NCBI GenBank assembly: GCA_965206595.1
Contig: OZ242214.1
Location: forward strand, 6,560,001 to 6,624,000
Length of the DNA: 64,000 nt
Direction: 5' to 3'
DNA from: Candidatus Latescibacterota bacterium
Lineage (GTDB): Bacteria > Latescibacterota > UBA2968 > UBA8231
In this document: positions 9,043 to 18,194 of the stretch, one piece after another
Layout: every line of letters begins with the position of its first letter
How positions within the stretch are numbered: the first letter of the stretch is position 1
Notes under the pieces: model-generated
What the model was told of the DNA's origin: nothing
The model's database searches: none
The model's input: only the letters and a program-made list of their open reading frames with translations
Made by a program: the position numbers and the translations under genes

Positions 9043-10008
9043 ATGAGGATCCTCATCGTCACCCCGGCCCCCCCCGGCTCGCGCAAGGGGAACCGGGTCA
9101 CGGCGATGCGCTGGCGGCGTATCCTGCGGGAGCTCGGACATACCGTCGCCGTGGCCGAGGAGTTCGGGCGCCAGCACTGCGACCTGCTGGTGGGGCTGCA
9201 CGCGCGGCGTTCGGCCGCGTCCCTGGCGCGCTTCGCCGCCGCCCACCCGGAACGGCCCATCGTCCTGGCGCTGACCGGCACCGACCTCTACCGCGACATC
9301 CAAACCGACCCCGAGGCGCGGAGATCCCTCGAGCTGGCCGACCGCTGCGTCGTGCTGCAGGAGCTGGGAGCCGCGGCCCTGCCCGAGCGGTTCCGGGGCC
9401 GGGCCCGCGTCATCTACCAGTCGATCGTTCCTCCGAGCCGCGAACCCTCCTCGCGGGCCCGCACCTTCAACCTCTCCGTGGTCGGCCACCTGCGCCCGGT
9501 CAAGGACCCGTTCCGCGCCGCCGAGGCCAGCCGCCTGCTGCCGCCCGGCTCGCGCATCCGGGTGCGCCATGCCGGCGCCGCGCTCAGCGACGACATGGCG
9601 GTCCGGGCGCTGCGGGAGCAGCGGGAAAACCGGCGCTACCGCTGGCTCGGGGAGCTGCCGCGCTGGCGCGCGATGCGCGAGATCGCCCGCAGCCGCGCCC
9701 TCGTGCTGACCTCGGAAATGGAGGGGGGCGCCCACGTCGTCTGCGAGGCCCTCGCCTGCGGGGTGCCGGTGCTTTCCACCCGCATCGACGGATCGGTGGG
9801 CATCCTCGGGGAGGAGTACCCCGGGTACTTCCCGGTCGGAGACACCCGCGCCCTCGCCGACCTGATGCTGCGCTGCGAAGAGGACGACTTGTTCCTGCGC
9901 CGGCTGCGCCGGCACTGCTCCGAACGGGCGGCGCTGGTCGATCCGGAGCGGGAGCGGCGCTGCTGGGAGGAGCTGCTCGCCGAGATGGCGGTTCCGCCAT
10001 CCCGCTGA
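9043..10008 (+). CDS. senB: Selenosugar synthase, TIGR04348-type glycosyltransferase
   Basis: GNRVTAMRW, LHARRS, LTGTDLY, VGHLRPVKDP, SEMEGGAHV motifs typical of SenB; adjacent to senA and selD. Confidence 0.92.
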   Translation: MRILIVTPAPPGSRKGNRVTAMRWRRILRELGHTVAVAEEFGRQHCDLLVGLHARRSAASLARFAAAHPERPIVLALTGTDLYRDIQTDPEARRSLELADRCVVLQELGAAALPERFRGRARVIYQSIVPPSREPSSRARTFNLSVVGHLRPVKDPFRAAEASRLLPPGSRIRVRHAGAALSDDMAVRALREQRENRRYRWLGELPRWRAMREIARSRALVLTSEMEGGAHVVCEALACGVPVLSTRIDGSVGILGEEYPGYFPVGDTRALADLMLRCEEDDLFLRRLRRHCSERAALVDPERERRCWEELLAEMAVPPSR

Positions 10009-10045
10009 CCGCTCCCATATAACCCCAACCTACTGGATTGACAGC

Positions 10046-11101
10046 ATGCTGATCGTCGATTCCCACCTCGATATCGCCTACAACGCCCTGGAGTGGAACC
10101 GCGACCTGCTGCAGCCGATCGCGGCGATACGGGAGTCCGAAGCCGGGATGGCCGGCAAGGGGCGCGGCGCCAACGTCGTCTGCTTCGACGAGCTGCGCCG
10201 CGGCCAGATCGGCCTGTTCGTGGCCACCTGCCACAGCCGCCTGGCCTCGGTTGGAAAACGCTTCCCCGGGGTGCGCACCCAGGACATCGCCTACGCCAAG
10301 TGCCGCGGCGAGGTCGCCTACTACCGACTGATGGAGGCGAAGGGGGTTCTCAGGCAGATCCGCGACGCGGACGGTCTCGACGCCCACTTGCGGGAATGGG
10401 AACGGGACAGCGCCTCGTCGCCGCTCGGTTTCGTGCTCTCCATGGAGGGGGCCGACGGCATCGTCGGCGAGGAGCAGGTGGCGGAGTGGTGGGACGAGGG
10501 CCTGCGCATCGTCAGCCTCTGCCACTACGGCATCAGCGCCTACTCGCACGGCACCCAGGCCCCTGGCGGCCTGACCCCGAGGGGGGCGCCTATGCTGAGG
10601 GCCCTGCAGGAAGCCGGCATGATCCTCGACGTCAGCCACCTCGCCGAAAAGGCGTTCTGGGAGGCGCTCGAGGTTTTCGGAGGGCGCGTCATCGCCACCC
10701 ACAACTGCTGCCGCGCCCTGTGCGACCACGACCGCCAGCTCGACGACCGGCAGATATCAGCGCTGGTCGAGCGCGGCGGCGTCATCGGCACCGCCTTCGA
10801 CGACTGGATGCTGTCCCCCTGCTGGGACAGGGAGGTGGTCGACAACACCGGCATCACCCTGGACACGGTGGTCGACCACATCGACCACGTCTGCCAGGTG
10901 GCGGGCAATGCCGGCCACGCCGCCATCGGCACCGACCTCGACGGCGGCTACGGCAAGGAGCAGAGCCCGGCCGACATCGACACCATAGCCGATCTGCAGC
11001 GCATCCCCGCCCTGCTCGAAAAGCGGGGTTACAGCGCCGGCGACACCGCCGCAATCATGCACGGCAACTGGATCCGCCTGCTGAGGGAGGCCTGGGGTTA
11101 G
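10046..11101 (+). CDS. Membrane dipeptidase (peptidase M19)
   Basis: DSHLD, LSMEGAD, DVSHL, THNCC, DHIDH, IGTDLDGG, GNWIRLL. Confidence 0.9.
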   Translation: MLIVDSHLDIAYNALEWNRDLLQPIAAIRESEAGMAGKGRGANVVCFDELRRGQIGLFVATCHSRLASVGKRFPGVRTQDIAYAKCRGEVAYYRLMEAKGVLRQIRDADGLDAHLREWERDSASSPLGFVLSMEGADGIVGEEQVAEWWDEGLRIVSLCHYGISAYSHGTQAPGGLTPRGAPMLRALQEAGMILDVSHLAEKAFWEALEVFGGRVIATHNCCRALCDHDRQLDDRQISALVERGGVIGTAFDDWMLSPCWDREVVDNTGITLDTVVDHIDHVCQVAGNAGHAAIGTDLDGGYGKEQSPADIDTIADLQRIPALLEKRGYSAGDTAAIMHGNWIRLLREAWG

Positions 11102-11349
11102 CAGGTTTGGCGGGACTGGAGTGATCGCCTCGCCTGCAAGATCTTGCTGCACTCAAGCTTTGCCGCCGCAAGCTTTGGCGCGCTGCAAACTGTTTTTGCG
11201 CCTGGATATTCTGGCGGAAAGGACGGGAAGAGCGCTCCTGCAATCCTTGCCTACCCCTGTGCTAGCTTTACCTTGGGAGACACAAAATGGGCAGTGAAGC
11301 GTAACGGCTCGGCCCGGTGATTTCGTGACCAGGAGCGACAGGATCTGAG

Positions 11350-12549
11350 ATGCAACAAGTGCTCGAGACTCTAACCGTCAGGACATTCAAATCCCTGGAG
11401 GACATGACCGTCGAATTGGGATTGGTCAATGTCTTCATTGGCGCCAACGGAAGCGGAAAGAGCAACTTGCTCGAGGCCTTGGGGGTACTCTCTGCGGCCT
11501 CGGATGGCAAGGTCGATGATCAAAGCTTGTTGGCCCGTGGTGTTCGTCCCGGCCTTCCCGCGCTTTTCAAGTCCGCCTTCCCCGGTAGAGACGGAAAGAA
11601 AATCCCACCACATCTGTATTTCGGGGCCCGCAGCGGGGGAGCGAAATACGAAGTTTCCCTGCACAATCCGCTTAATGATCCGGCGCCGGCCTGGAAATTC
11701 AAGACAGAGCGGTGGGAAGGTGACAACATCACATATGTTGGTCGTTCACCCGCACAAGGCAAAAAAACCAATCCCGAACGGGGGCTAGCTGCACTGAAGG
11801 CCGTGGAAGTCGACAGCGGTGCAGCTCTGGATCTCTTAAAGTTGCTGCAGGGCTACGTCATTTTTTCCCCGACAACACCTGTATTGCGCGGCGTTGCACC
11901 GGAAACGCAACCAAGACAGCCCGTTGGCTTGTCTGGCGGGAACCTGCCGCAAGCAATAAAGGAGCTACTTAAACAACGTGGAGAGGATCAAAACAGTAAA
12001 CAGATTTGCAGGGATGCCCTGAGACTTGTCGATTGGGCGGTGAGCTATGGGTATACATCTTCTTCTGAATTAGCTCTCTCTCCTGCTGCAGCTGCATCGG
12101 ATTCCGTGATTCGTTTTCGCGACAAATTCATGCGAGATGGGCGAAATGGACTTTCGGGCTATGACGCTTCCGAAGGGGCCTTGTACGTTCTGTTTCTCGC
12201 GGTGATTTCCGGTCACCCGAAAAGTCCTCGATTATGTGCCGTAGACAATGCGGATCACGGATTGAACCCCAGGTTGGCCCGGTCCTTGATGGAGCACCTG
12301 TGCCGGTGGTACCTGGAAGCAGAAGAGCCACGACAGATCCTGCTGACGACGCACAATCCACTGGTTCTGGATGGGCTTCCATTACAGGATGACCGCGTGC
12401 GTCTGTTCGCCGTGTCCCGAACCAACTCGGGCCGCACTTCCGTCAGGCGCGTGGTCGTCGATGAGAGCATGAGGGAAAAAGCGGAGCAGGGCTGGACCTT
12501 GTCTCGACTGTGGGTGATGGGTCACCTGGGGGGTGTCCCGGATGTCTGA
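11350..12549 (+). CDS. AAA_21/AbiEii-type ABC-like ATPase
   Basis: FKSL, VFIGANGSGKSNLLEA, ASEG, degenerate Walker B CAVDNADHGLNP, LLTTHNP; lower-GC codon usage. Confidence 0.88.
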   Translation: MQQVLETLTVRTFKSLEDMTVELGLVNVFIGANGSGKSNLLEALGVLSAASDGKVDDQSLLARGVRPGLPALFKSAFPGRDGKKIPPHLYFGARSGGAKYEVSLHNPLNDPAPAWKFKTERWEGDNITYVGRSPAQGKKTNPERGLAALKAVEVDSGAALDLLKLLQGYVIFSPTTPVLRGVAPETQPRQPVGLSGGNLPQAIKELLKQRGEDQNSKQICRDALRLVDWAVSYGYTSSSELALSPAAAASDSVIRFRDKFMRDGRNGLSGYDASEGALYVLFLAVISGHPKSPRLCAVDNADHGLNPRLARSLMEHLCRWYLEAEEPRQILLTTHNPLVLDGLPLQDDRVRLFAVSRTNSGRTSVRRVVVDESMREKAEQGWTLSRLWVMGHLGGVPDV

Positions 12550-13252
12550 ACCGCTGCGTATCGCCGTTGCCGTCGAAGGACCTACTGACGCAATCGTGCT
12601 GAGGGCGATCCTGGACGCCTTGTTGCCGAGAACCGAATTCATTTTCCAGACCTTGCAGCCGGAAGAATCCAGCGCCTTTGATACGGGGACATCAGGAAAA
12701 ACAGGTGTTGGGTGGGTCGGAGTCTATCGCTGGTGCCGTCAATCCGCTTCGGAAGGAGGAGGTTCCGTGTCCGGTTCTTCGGTCCTTCTTTTTCATGACC
12801 TGTTGATCATCCAGGTAGACGCGGACGTTGCAGGAACAAATTATTGCAGTGGAAGTATTCGAGACGCACCGCGCAATGATTTGCCTTGTGAAAAACCCTG
12901 TCCACCACCAAATAGAACTACGGATGCCTTGCGACCGGTTGTGCTCAACTGGCTCGGCGAATTTAAGTGTCCTCCGAAGGTGGTATTATGCACCCCTTCC
13001 AAGAATATCGAGGCTTGGGTGGTTGCTGCCGTCTGGCCCAACAATTCCCTGGTCCAACGCAACGACTGGGAATGCCGCCCCAATCCGGAAGCTCAACTAG
13101 GGAATCTTCCCAAGGCAAAGCAGTTTGGGAAACGCCCGGACGACTATGAAGCCAAGCGGGAGGAGATGAGGAAGGCGTGGCCGTGCGTGGCCTCACGCCT
13201 GACTGAGGCGGCGCGATTTGAAAGGGAATTCCTGGCGGCTATTCCCACTTGA
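12542..13252 (+). CDS. ATPase partner protein with TOPRIM-like motifs (DUF4276/RloB-like)
   Basis: N-terminal VAVEGPTD, DxD motif (QVDAD), IEAWV; start overlaps the end of the ATPase gene. Confidence 0.65.
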   Translation: MSEPLRIAVAVEGPTDAIVLRAILDALLPRTEFIFQTLQPEESSAFDTGTSGKTGVGWVGVYRWCRQSASEGGGSVSGSSVLLFHDLLIIQVDADVAGTNYCSGSIRDAPRNDLPCEKPCPPPNRTTDALRPVVLNWLGEFKCPPKVVLCTPSKNIEAWVVAAVWPNNSLVQRNDWECRPNPEAQLGNLPKAKQFGKRPDDYEAKREEMRKAWPCVASRLTEAARFEREFLAAIPT

Positions 13253-13275
13253 TCCGCAATTGAGGAAGGACCGCC

Positions 13276-13992
13276 ATGAGAAAAGTACTGTCGGGCCTTT
13301 TGGCCGGGGTGTTGCTGGTTTCCTGCTCTGACAACAGCAGCCCGGTCAAAAGCCAAAACCCACCGGCGGCAAAGCGAATCAGCAGCCCCATTACCTGGAG
13401 CCAGCCGGTAGCGAGCGTCGACAACCTGGCCGAACAGCGCACCGCGGGAAAAGCCGAACAGGCGCCGGAACCCGAAGCGCCACAGGAGGAGTTCGTTGTT
13501 TCCGGAACTATCCGGAACGAAACCGGAGCCGACTTGACCGGGACGAAAGTCGTTGCCTGGTGGGGTGTGGTGACGGGCGAGGACTACAACTATTTCTTCG
13601 GTGAAGGAACCGTCGACGTCCAGGACCTGACCTTCGAGTTGGTCTTCTCCGAAGCCCCGCCCGTCGAGGCCCTGAACCGCGACCTTGGGGTCGCCTATAT
13701 CCTGATAGCCAGATCTTCCGCTACCGGGATGGAGGAACCAGGAATCCTTCCCGAAGACTACGACTACTTCGAGAACATCCTGGGAGGGGCGACCCGGCAC
13801 TGCGTGATCTTCTCCACCGGGGAGAATGTCAATGGCATCCAATGGGTTGAGGAGTTCGAACCAGGATACGGCGTGGGGGAAGGGGTGAAGATTCCGGACT
13901 ACCACTTCGAGGGGCTCGAACCGGTGGACCCCTCCTCCGTAGAAATCGTTGTCGACGACCTGGAAAACCTGGTTTTCGTGAACTGGACCTGA
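13276..13992 (+). CDS. Hypothetical acidic lipoprotein
   Basis: RBS GAAGGA; lipobox LLVSC after a basic/hydrophobic leader. Confidence 0.75.
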   Translation: MRKVLSGLLAGVLLVSCSDNSSPVKSQNPPAAKRISSPITWSQPVASVDNLAEQRTAGKAEQAPEPEAPQEEFVVSGTIRNETGADLTGTKVVAWWGVVTGEDYNYFFGEGTVDVQDLTFELVFSEAPPVEALNRDLGVAYILIARSSATGMEEPGILPEDYDYFENILGGATRHCVIFSTGENVNGIQWVEEFEPGYGVGEGVKIPDYHFEGLEPVDPSSVEIVVDDLENLVFVNWT

Positions 13993-14247
13993 TCCCCGGT
14001 CTTCATTGGGGATGGCGGGTCCCGCCACCTGAATTGGGCCGGACAAGAGTGTCGCCGGGGGGTAGCGGCTGGCCATTCGTGGGGGCGTCTTCGGACAACG
14101 AACCCTTCCCTGCCTGTGGTTCCATTTTCTGCAGTTGCCGGGCAGCATGGGCGGAGTTACTCTTGCCCCTCGCAGCCGGCCTCCCGCCGCCTGAAGCTCC
14201 CCCAGCTATGTCTCCCCCGCCAGCACCTCCGTGAGCCCGACTAACCG

Positions 14248-14679
14248 ATGAGCTGCGAAACTACCCCCCATCCTGCCCGCTGTTCCTGGATCTGCCACCC
14301 TCTCTTCGAAGAGCCTTGGCCGAAATCCGCGGCTTTGGTGGCGGCGATTTTCGCCTTCTCCGCCCTCGCCGCGGTCGCTTTCGAGGGGCTCCTGTACGGC
14401 GCCATCGCCCTCGCCGTTCTCAGCGGGTCGATGTCGCGGTTCCTCCTGCCGACCCGCTACGAGATCGGCGCCGCCGGAATCACCGTGAGCCACCTGTTCC
14501 GGCGGCGGCTGCGAGCCTGGAAGGAGATACGCCGCGTCGAGGTCCGCGATGACGGGCTTTTCCTCAGCCCGTTCGCCCGTCCCAGCCGGCTGGACAGCTA
14601 CCGCGGTTTATTTCTGCCGGCCGCCGGGGTCGGGGTGGAAAAGCTCGAGGAACTGGTCGGACGGCATGTCCCGGGTTGA
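14248..14679 (+). CDS. Small membrane protein with PH-like C-terminal domain
   Basis: Two TM segments, then PTRYEIGAAGITV...WKEIRR...LSPFARPSRLDSYRGLFL; first gene of the operon. Confidence 0.7.
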   Translation: MSCETTPHPARCSWICHPLFEEPWPKSAALVAAIFAFSALAAVAFEGLLYGAIALAVLSGSMSRFLLPTRYEIGAAGITVSHLFRRRLRAWKEIRRVEVRDDGLFLSPFARPSRLDSYRGLFLPAAGVGVEKLEELVGRHVPG

Positions 14680-15028
14680 GCGGCTGCGGGCCTGGTGGTC
14701 GCACGCCTTCGCCGTCGAAGAAGCTGCCGACCGCGACATCGACAAGCCGGAGCGGGAGCTGATCGAACGGGTCGCCGACTTTCTCGGGGGCCGCGGACTG
14801 ACGGCACCTGCCGTCATGCTGCTCGAAGTGGGGCGACCGCTCAACTTCGTCGGCAGCCAGCTGCTCCTCTTCCTGAGTCCCTTCATCTCGCTGATCTTCA
14901 ACCCCGACGAGCTGAAACGTTTCACCCGGCTGCTCGCCAAGCGCCGCTCCATCGACGCCCTTGTCGAAGCCATCTCGAGCCGAGGCGGCCGGGGCTGGAA
15001 GCGGGACTCGGACGCGGACCGGCAGTAG
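14666..15028 (+). CDS. Conserved hypothetical protein
   Basis: MSRVERL...GLTAPAVMLLEVGRPLNFVGSQLLLFLSPF; overlaps the upstream gene; host-like codon bias. Confidence 0.7.
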   Translation: MSRVERLRAWWSHAFAVEEAADRDIDKPERELIERVADFLGGRGLTAPAVMLLEVGRPLNFVGSQLLLFLSPFISLIFNPDELKRFTRLLAKRRSIDALVEAISSRGGRGWKRDSDADRQ

Positions 15029-15046
15029 GGCAGGATCGAACCTGTA

Positions 15047-16879
15047 ATGGACGTCTTCATCGCCACCGACTGCGGCAGCACCACGACCAAGGCGATCCTC
15101 ATCGAGCGCCAGGCGGACGGAATCTGCCGGCAGACCTTCCGGGGCGAGGCCCCGACCACGGTCGAGGCCCCCTTCGAGGACGTCACGCGCGGCGTGCTCA
15201 ACGCCATATCCGAGGTGGAGGAGCTGTCGGGGCGGACGATCCTCGACGGGGAGCGGATCATCACCCCGGCCGCGGGCGACCGCGGCGTCGACATCTACAT
15301 CTCGACGAGCAGCGCCGGCGGCGGCCTGCAGATGATGGTCGCGGGGGTGGTCGCCTCGATGACGGGGGAAAGCGCGCAGCGCTGCGCTCTCGGAGCCGGG
15401 GCCATCGTCATGGACGTCCTCGCCGCCAACGACCGCCGGCTCCCCCATGAGAAGATCGAACGCATCCGCCGGCTGCGGCCGGACATGTTCCTGCTTTCCG
15501 GCGGCACCGACGGCGGCACCGTCTCCCACGTCGTCGAGCTCGCCGAGTTCATCGCCGCGGCCGACCCCAGACCGAGGTTCGGCAGCGGCTTCCGGCTCCC
15601 TCTCATCTACGCGGGGAATCGCGACGCCCGCCCAGAGATCGAAAAGGTGCTTGCGGAGAGAACCTCCCTGACCGTCACCGAGAACCTGCGGCCGGTGCTC
15701 GAGAGGGAGAACCTCGGACCCGCCCGGCATGTGATCCACGACCTCTTTCTCGAGCACGTGATGGCGCAGGCCCCGGGGTACCGCAAGCTGATGTCCTGGA
15801 CCGGTGCGCCGATCGTGCCGACCCCGGCCGCGGTGGGCCGAATCATCCAGACCATCGCCCGCCTCCGGGACATCGACGTCATCGGCGTCGACATAGGCGG
15901 CGCCACCACCGATGTCTTCAGCGTCTTCCGCCCCTCCGACGACGCCGGCACGGACCGGGAAGAGCCGGTCTTCAACCGCTCGGTCAGCGCCAACCTCGGC
16001 ATGTCGTACAGCATCTCCAACGTCCTCAACGAGGCCGGCCTGGAGAACGCCATGCGCTGGATACCTTTCGACATCGACGAGACCGACCTGCGCGACCGCA
16101 TCAAGAACAAGATGATCCGGCCGACCACCATACCGCAGCAGCTCGAGGAGCTGCAGCTCGAGCACGCCCTGGCGCGCGAGGCCCTGCGACTCGCCTTGGT
16201 CCAGCACCGCGCCCTCGCCGTCGGTCTCAAGGGGGTGCAGTCGGAACGCACCCTGTCCGACGTCTTCGAGCAGTCGGCGACCGGGGAATCCCTGATCGAC
16301 ATGGCGGCCCTCGACCTTCTCGTCGGCAGCGGCGGGGTGCTCTCCCACGCCCCGCGCCGGGTGCAGGCCGCGGCGATGCTGATCGACGCTTTCCAGCCTG
16401 CGGGGATCACCCGCCTCGCCGTCGACAGCATATTCATGATGCCCCACCTCGGGGCCCTGGCGGCGCTGGACGAACAGGCCGCCTCCGACGTCTTCGAGCG
16501 CGACTGCCTGATCGATCTCGGCACCTGCGCGGCACCAGCAGGCAGCGGCAGGCAGGGGGAGGCCTGCTGCGAGTTCAGCCTCACCGGCGCCGCGTCCGGG
16601 GAGGTGTCCGGCCAACTGCGGATGGGTGAACTGGTGCGGATCGAGTTCGCGGACGGCGAGGAGGCCGAGCTATCCCTCGAGCCTGCCCGGGGCTGGGACG
16701 CCGGGGCGGGCAGCGGGCGGGCGGTGCATGCGCGGGTGCGCGGAGGCGCTGCCGGCCTAGTGCTCGACGGGCGCGGGCGGCCGATCCAGTTCGCCGCGTC
16801 GGCCGCGGAGCGCCGCGAACAGGTGAAGGCCTGGAGCGAGGCCCTCGGATCCTACCCCGAGGGCGGAGAGCCGGGCTGA
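15047..16879 (+). CDS. GlmL/MutL (glutamate mutase L)-like ASKHA-fold ATPase
   Basis: DCGSTTTK, SSAGGGL, LGAGA, LLSGGTDGG, DIGGATTDVFS, SANLGM, GSGGVLSH. Confidence 0.88.
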   Translation: MDVFIATDCGSTTTKAILIERQADGICRQTFRGEAPTTVEAPFEDVTRGVLNAISEVEELSGRTILDGERIITPAAGDRGVDIYISTSSAGGGLQMMVAGVVASMTGESAQRCALGAGAIVMDVLAANDRRLPHEKIERIRRLRPDMFLLSGGTDGGTVSHVVELAEFIAAADPRPRFGSGFRLPLIYAGNRDARPEIEKVLAERTSLTVTENLRPVLERENLGPARHVIHDLFLEHVMAQAPGYRKLMSWTGAPIVPTPAAVGRIIQTIARLRDIDVIGVDIGGATTDVFSVFRPSDDAGTDREEPVFNRSVSANLGMSYSISNVLNEAGLENAMRWIPFDIDETDLRDRIKNKMIRPTTIPQQLEELQLEHALAREALRLALVQHRALAVGLKGVQSERTLSDVFEQSATGESLIDMAALDLLVGSGGVLSHAPRRVQAAAMLIDAFQPAGITRLAVDSIFMMPHLGALAALDEQAASDVFERDCLIDLGTCAAPAGSGRQGEACCEFSLTGAASGEVSGQLRMGELVRIEFADGEEAELSLEPARGWDAGAGSGRAVHARVRGGAAGLVLDGRGRPIQFAASAAERREQVKAWSEALGSYPEGGEPG

Positions 16880-18006
16880 TGGCGCACGCCTACACCCCGG
16901 GCCTGCGCGTCAGCGCCCACACGAAACTGCGGAAAACGCGGCGCTTGCCCCTGGCCGGCGAGCTCGCGGTGCGTCTCGGCGACCGCGTCGCCCGCGACCA
17001 GGTCGTGGCGCGCACCGAGCTGCCGGGAGACGCGGTGACCCAGAACCTCGTCAACCGGCTCGGCGTCACCGCGGCCGACCTGCCACACTACATGCTGAAA
17101 CAGGAGGGGGACCCGGTGCGGGAGGGGGAGCCGCTGGCCGAGACGCGGCCCTGGATCAAGTGGTTCAAGACCGTTGTCCCCGCCGAGACCGACGGCGTCG
17201 TCGAGAGCATCTCCTCGGTGACCGGCCAGGTGCTCTTGCGCAAGCCTCCGTCGAGCGTCGAGATTCCCGCCTTCGTCGACGGGGTGGTCGCCGAGGAGCT
17301 GCCAGGGGAAGGGGTCGTCGTCGAGACGGAAGGGGCCTACGTGCAGGGGATCTTCGGCGTCGGCGGAGAGCGCTGGGGGCCGCTTCGGGTCCTGTCGCAG
17401 ACCCACGACCAACCGCTTCAGGCAGGCCGGATCGACGAGAGCTGCCGCGGTGCCGTGCTGGTCGCCGGCGGCATCGCCGGCATCGAGGCGCTGGAGAAGG
17501 CCGCCGGGGCAGGCGCCGCCGGGGTGATCGCCGGCGGCATCCACGACCGCGATCTCAAGGAGTTGCTCGGCTACGACCTCGGCGTCGCCATCACCGGCAC
17601 CGAGGATATCGGCACCACCCTGATCGTCACCGAGGGGTTCGGAGAGATAGCCATGGCGCGCAATACCTTCGACATCCTGCGCTCGTGCGACGGCATGCAG
17701 GCCTCGATCTCCGGGGCGACGCAGATCCGCGCCGGGGTCCAGCGGCCCGAGATCCTGATCCCCTCCCCGAGCCCGGAGCGGGCCGAGGCAACCGCGGCCA
17801 AAGAGAACCCGGGAGGCATGGCCGAAGGGGACGCCCTGCGCGTCATTCGCGCCCCTCACTTCGGGAGAGTCGCCCGGGTGCGCGCCCTCGTCCCGGAGCT
17901 CCGGGAGATCGAAAGCGGCGCCCGGGTGCGGGTGCTCGAGGTCGAGTTCGAAGATGGAACCCGGGCGATCGTCCCGCGCGCCAACGTCGAGCTGATCGAG
18001 GAGTGA
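16879..18006 (+). CDS. Conserved hypothetical soluble protein (barrel-sandwich-like and C-terminal KOW-like segments)
   Basis: MAHAYTPGL, VQGIFGVGGE, VAITGTE, TEGFG, GATQIRAGVQRPE, VPRANVELIE; coupled to the GlmL-like gene (TGATG). Confidence 0.8.
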   Translation: MAHAYTPGLRVSAHTKLRKTRRLPLAGELAVRLGDRVARDQVVARTELPGDAVTQNLVNRLGVTAADLPHYMLKQEGDPVREGEPLAETRPWIKWFKTVVPAETDGVVESISSVTGQVLLRKPPSSVEIPAFVDGVVAEELPGEGVVVETEGAYVQGIFGVGGERWGPLRVLSQTHDQPLQAGRIDESCRGAVLVAGGIAGIEALEKAAGAGAAGVIAGGIHDRDLKELLGYDLGVAITGTEDIGTTLIVTEGFGEIAMARNTFDILRSCDGMQASISGATQIRAGVQRPEILIPSPSPERAEATAAKENPGGMAEGDALRVIRAPHFGRVARVRALVPELREIESGARVRVLEVEFEDGTRAIVPRANVELIEE

Positions 18007-18194
18007 GGATGGTGGGATTCTCCAGGTCCGACAGCGCCCAGCCCAAGGGCAACTTCAATCCGAATACACCGGGAACGGAATCTGCTCCTCGCGCAAGGGG
18101 CGGGTCTCGAACGCACAACCGCGGAATCTGCCGGACGCGGCCGAAGCTTATGCAGCTGACTTCAGCCAGCTGCAGCGAACATGGTATTTATTGA

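Noticed and set aside
15047-16879. Glutamate mutase pathway or DNA-repair MutL
   Set aside because: No glmS/glmE/mal genes in the window; motifs are ASKHA-type, not the GHKL ATPase of mismatch-repair MutL
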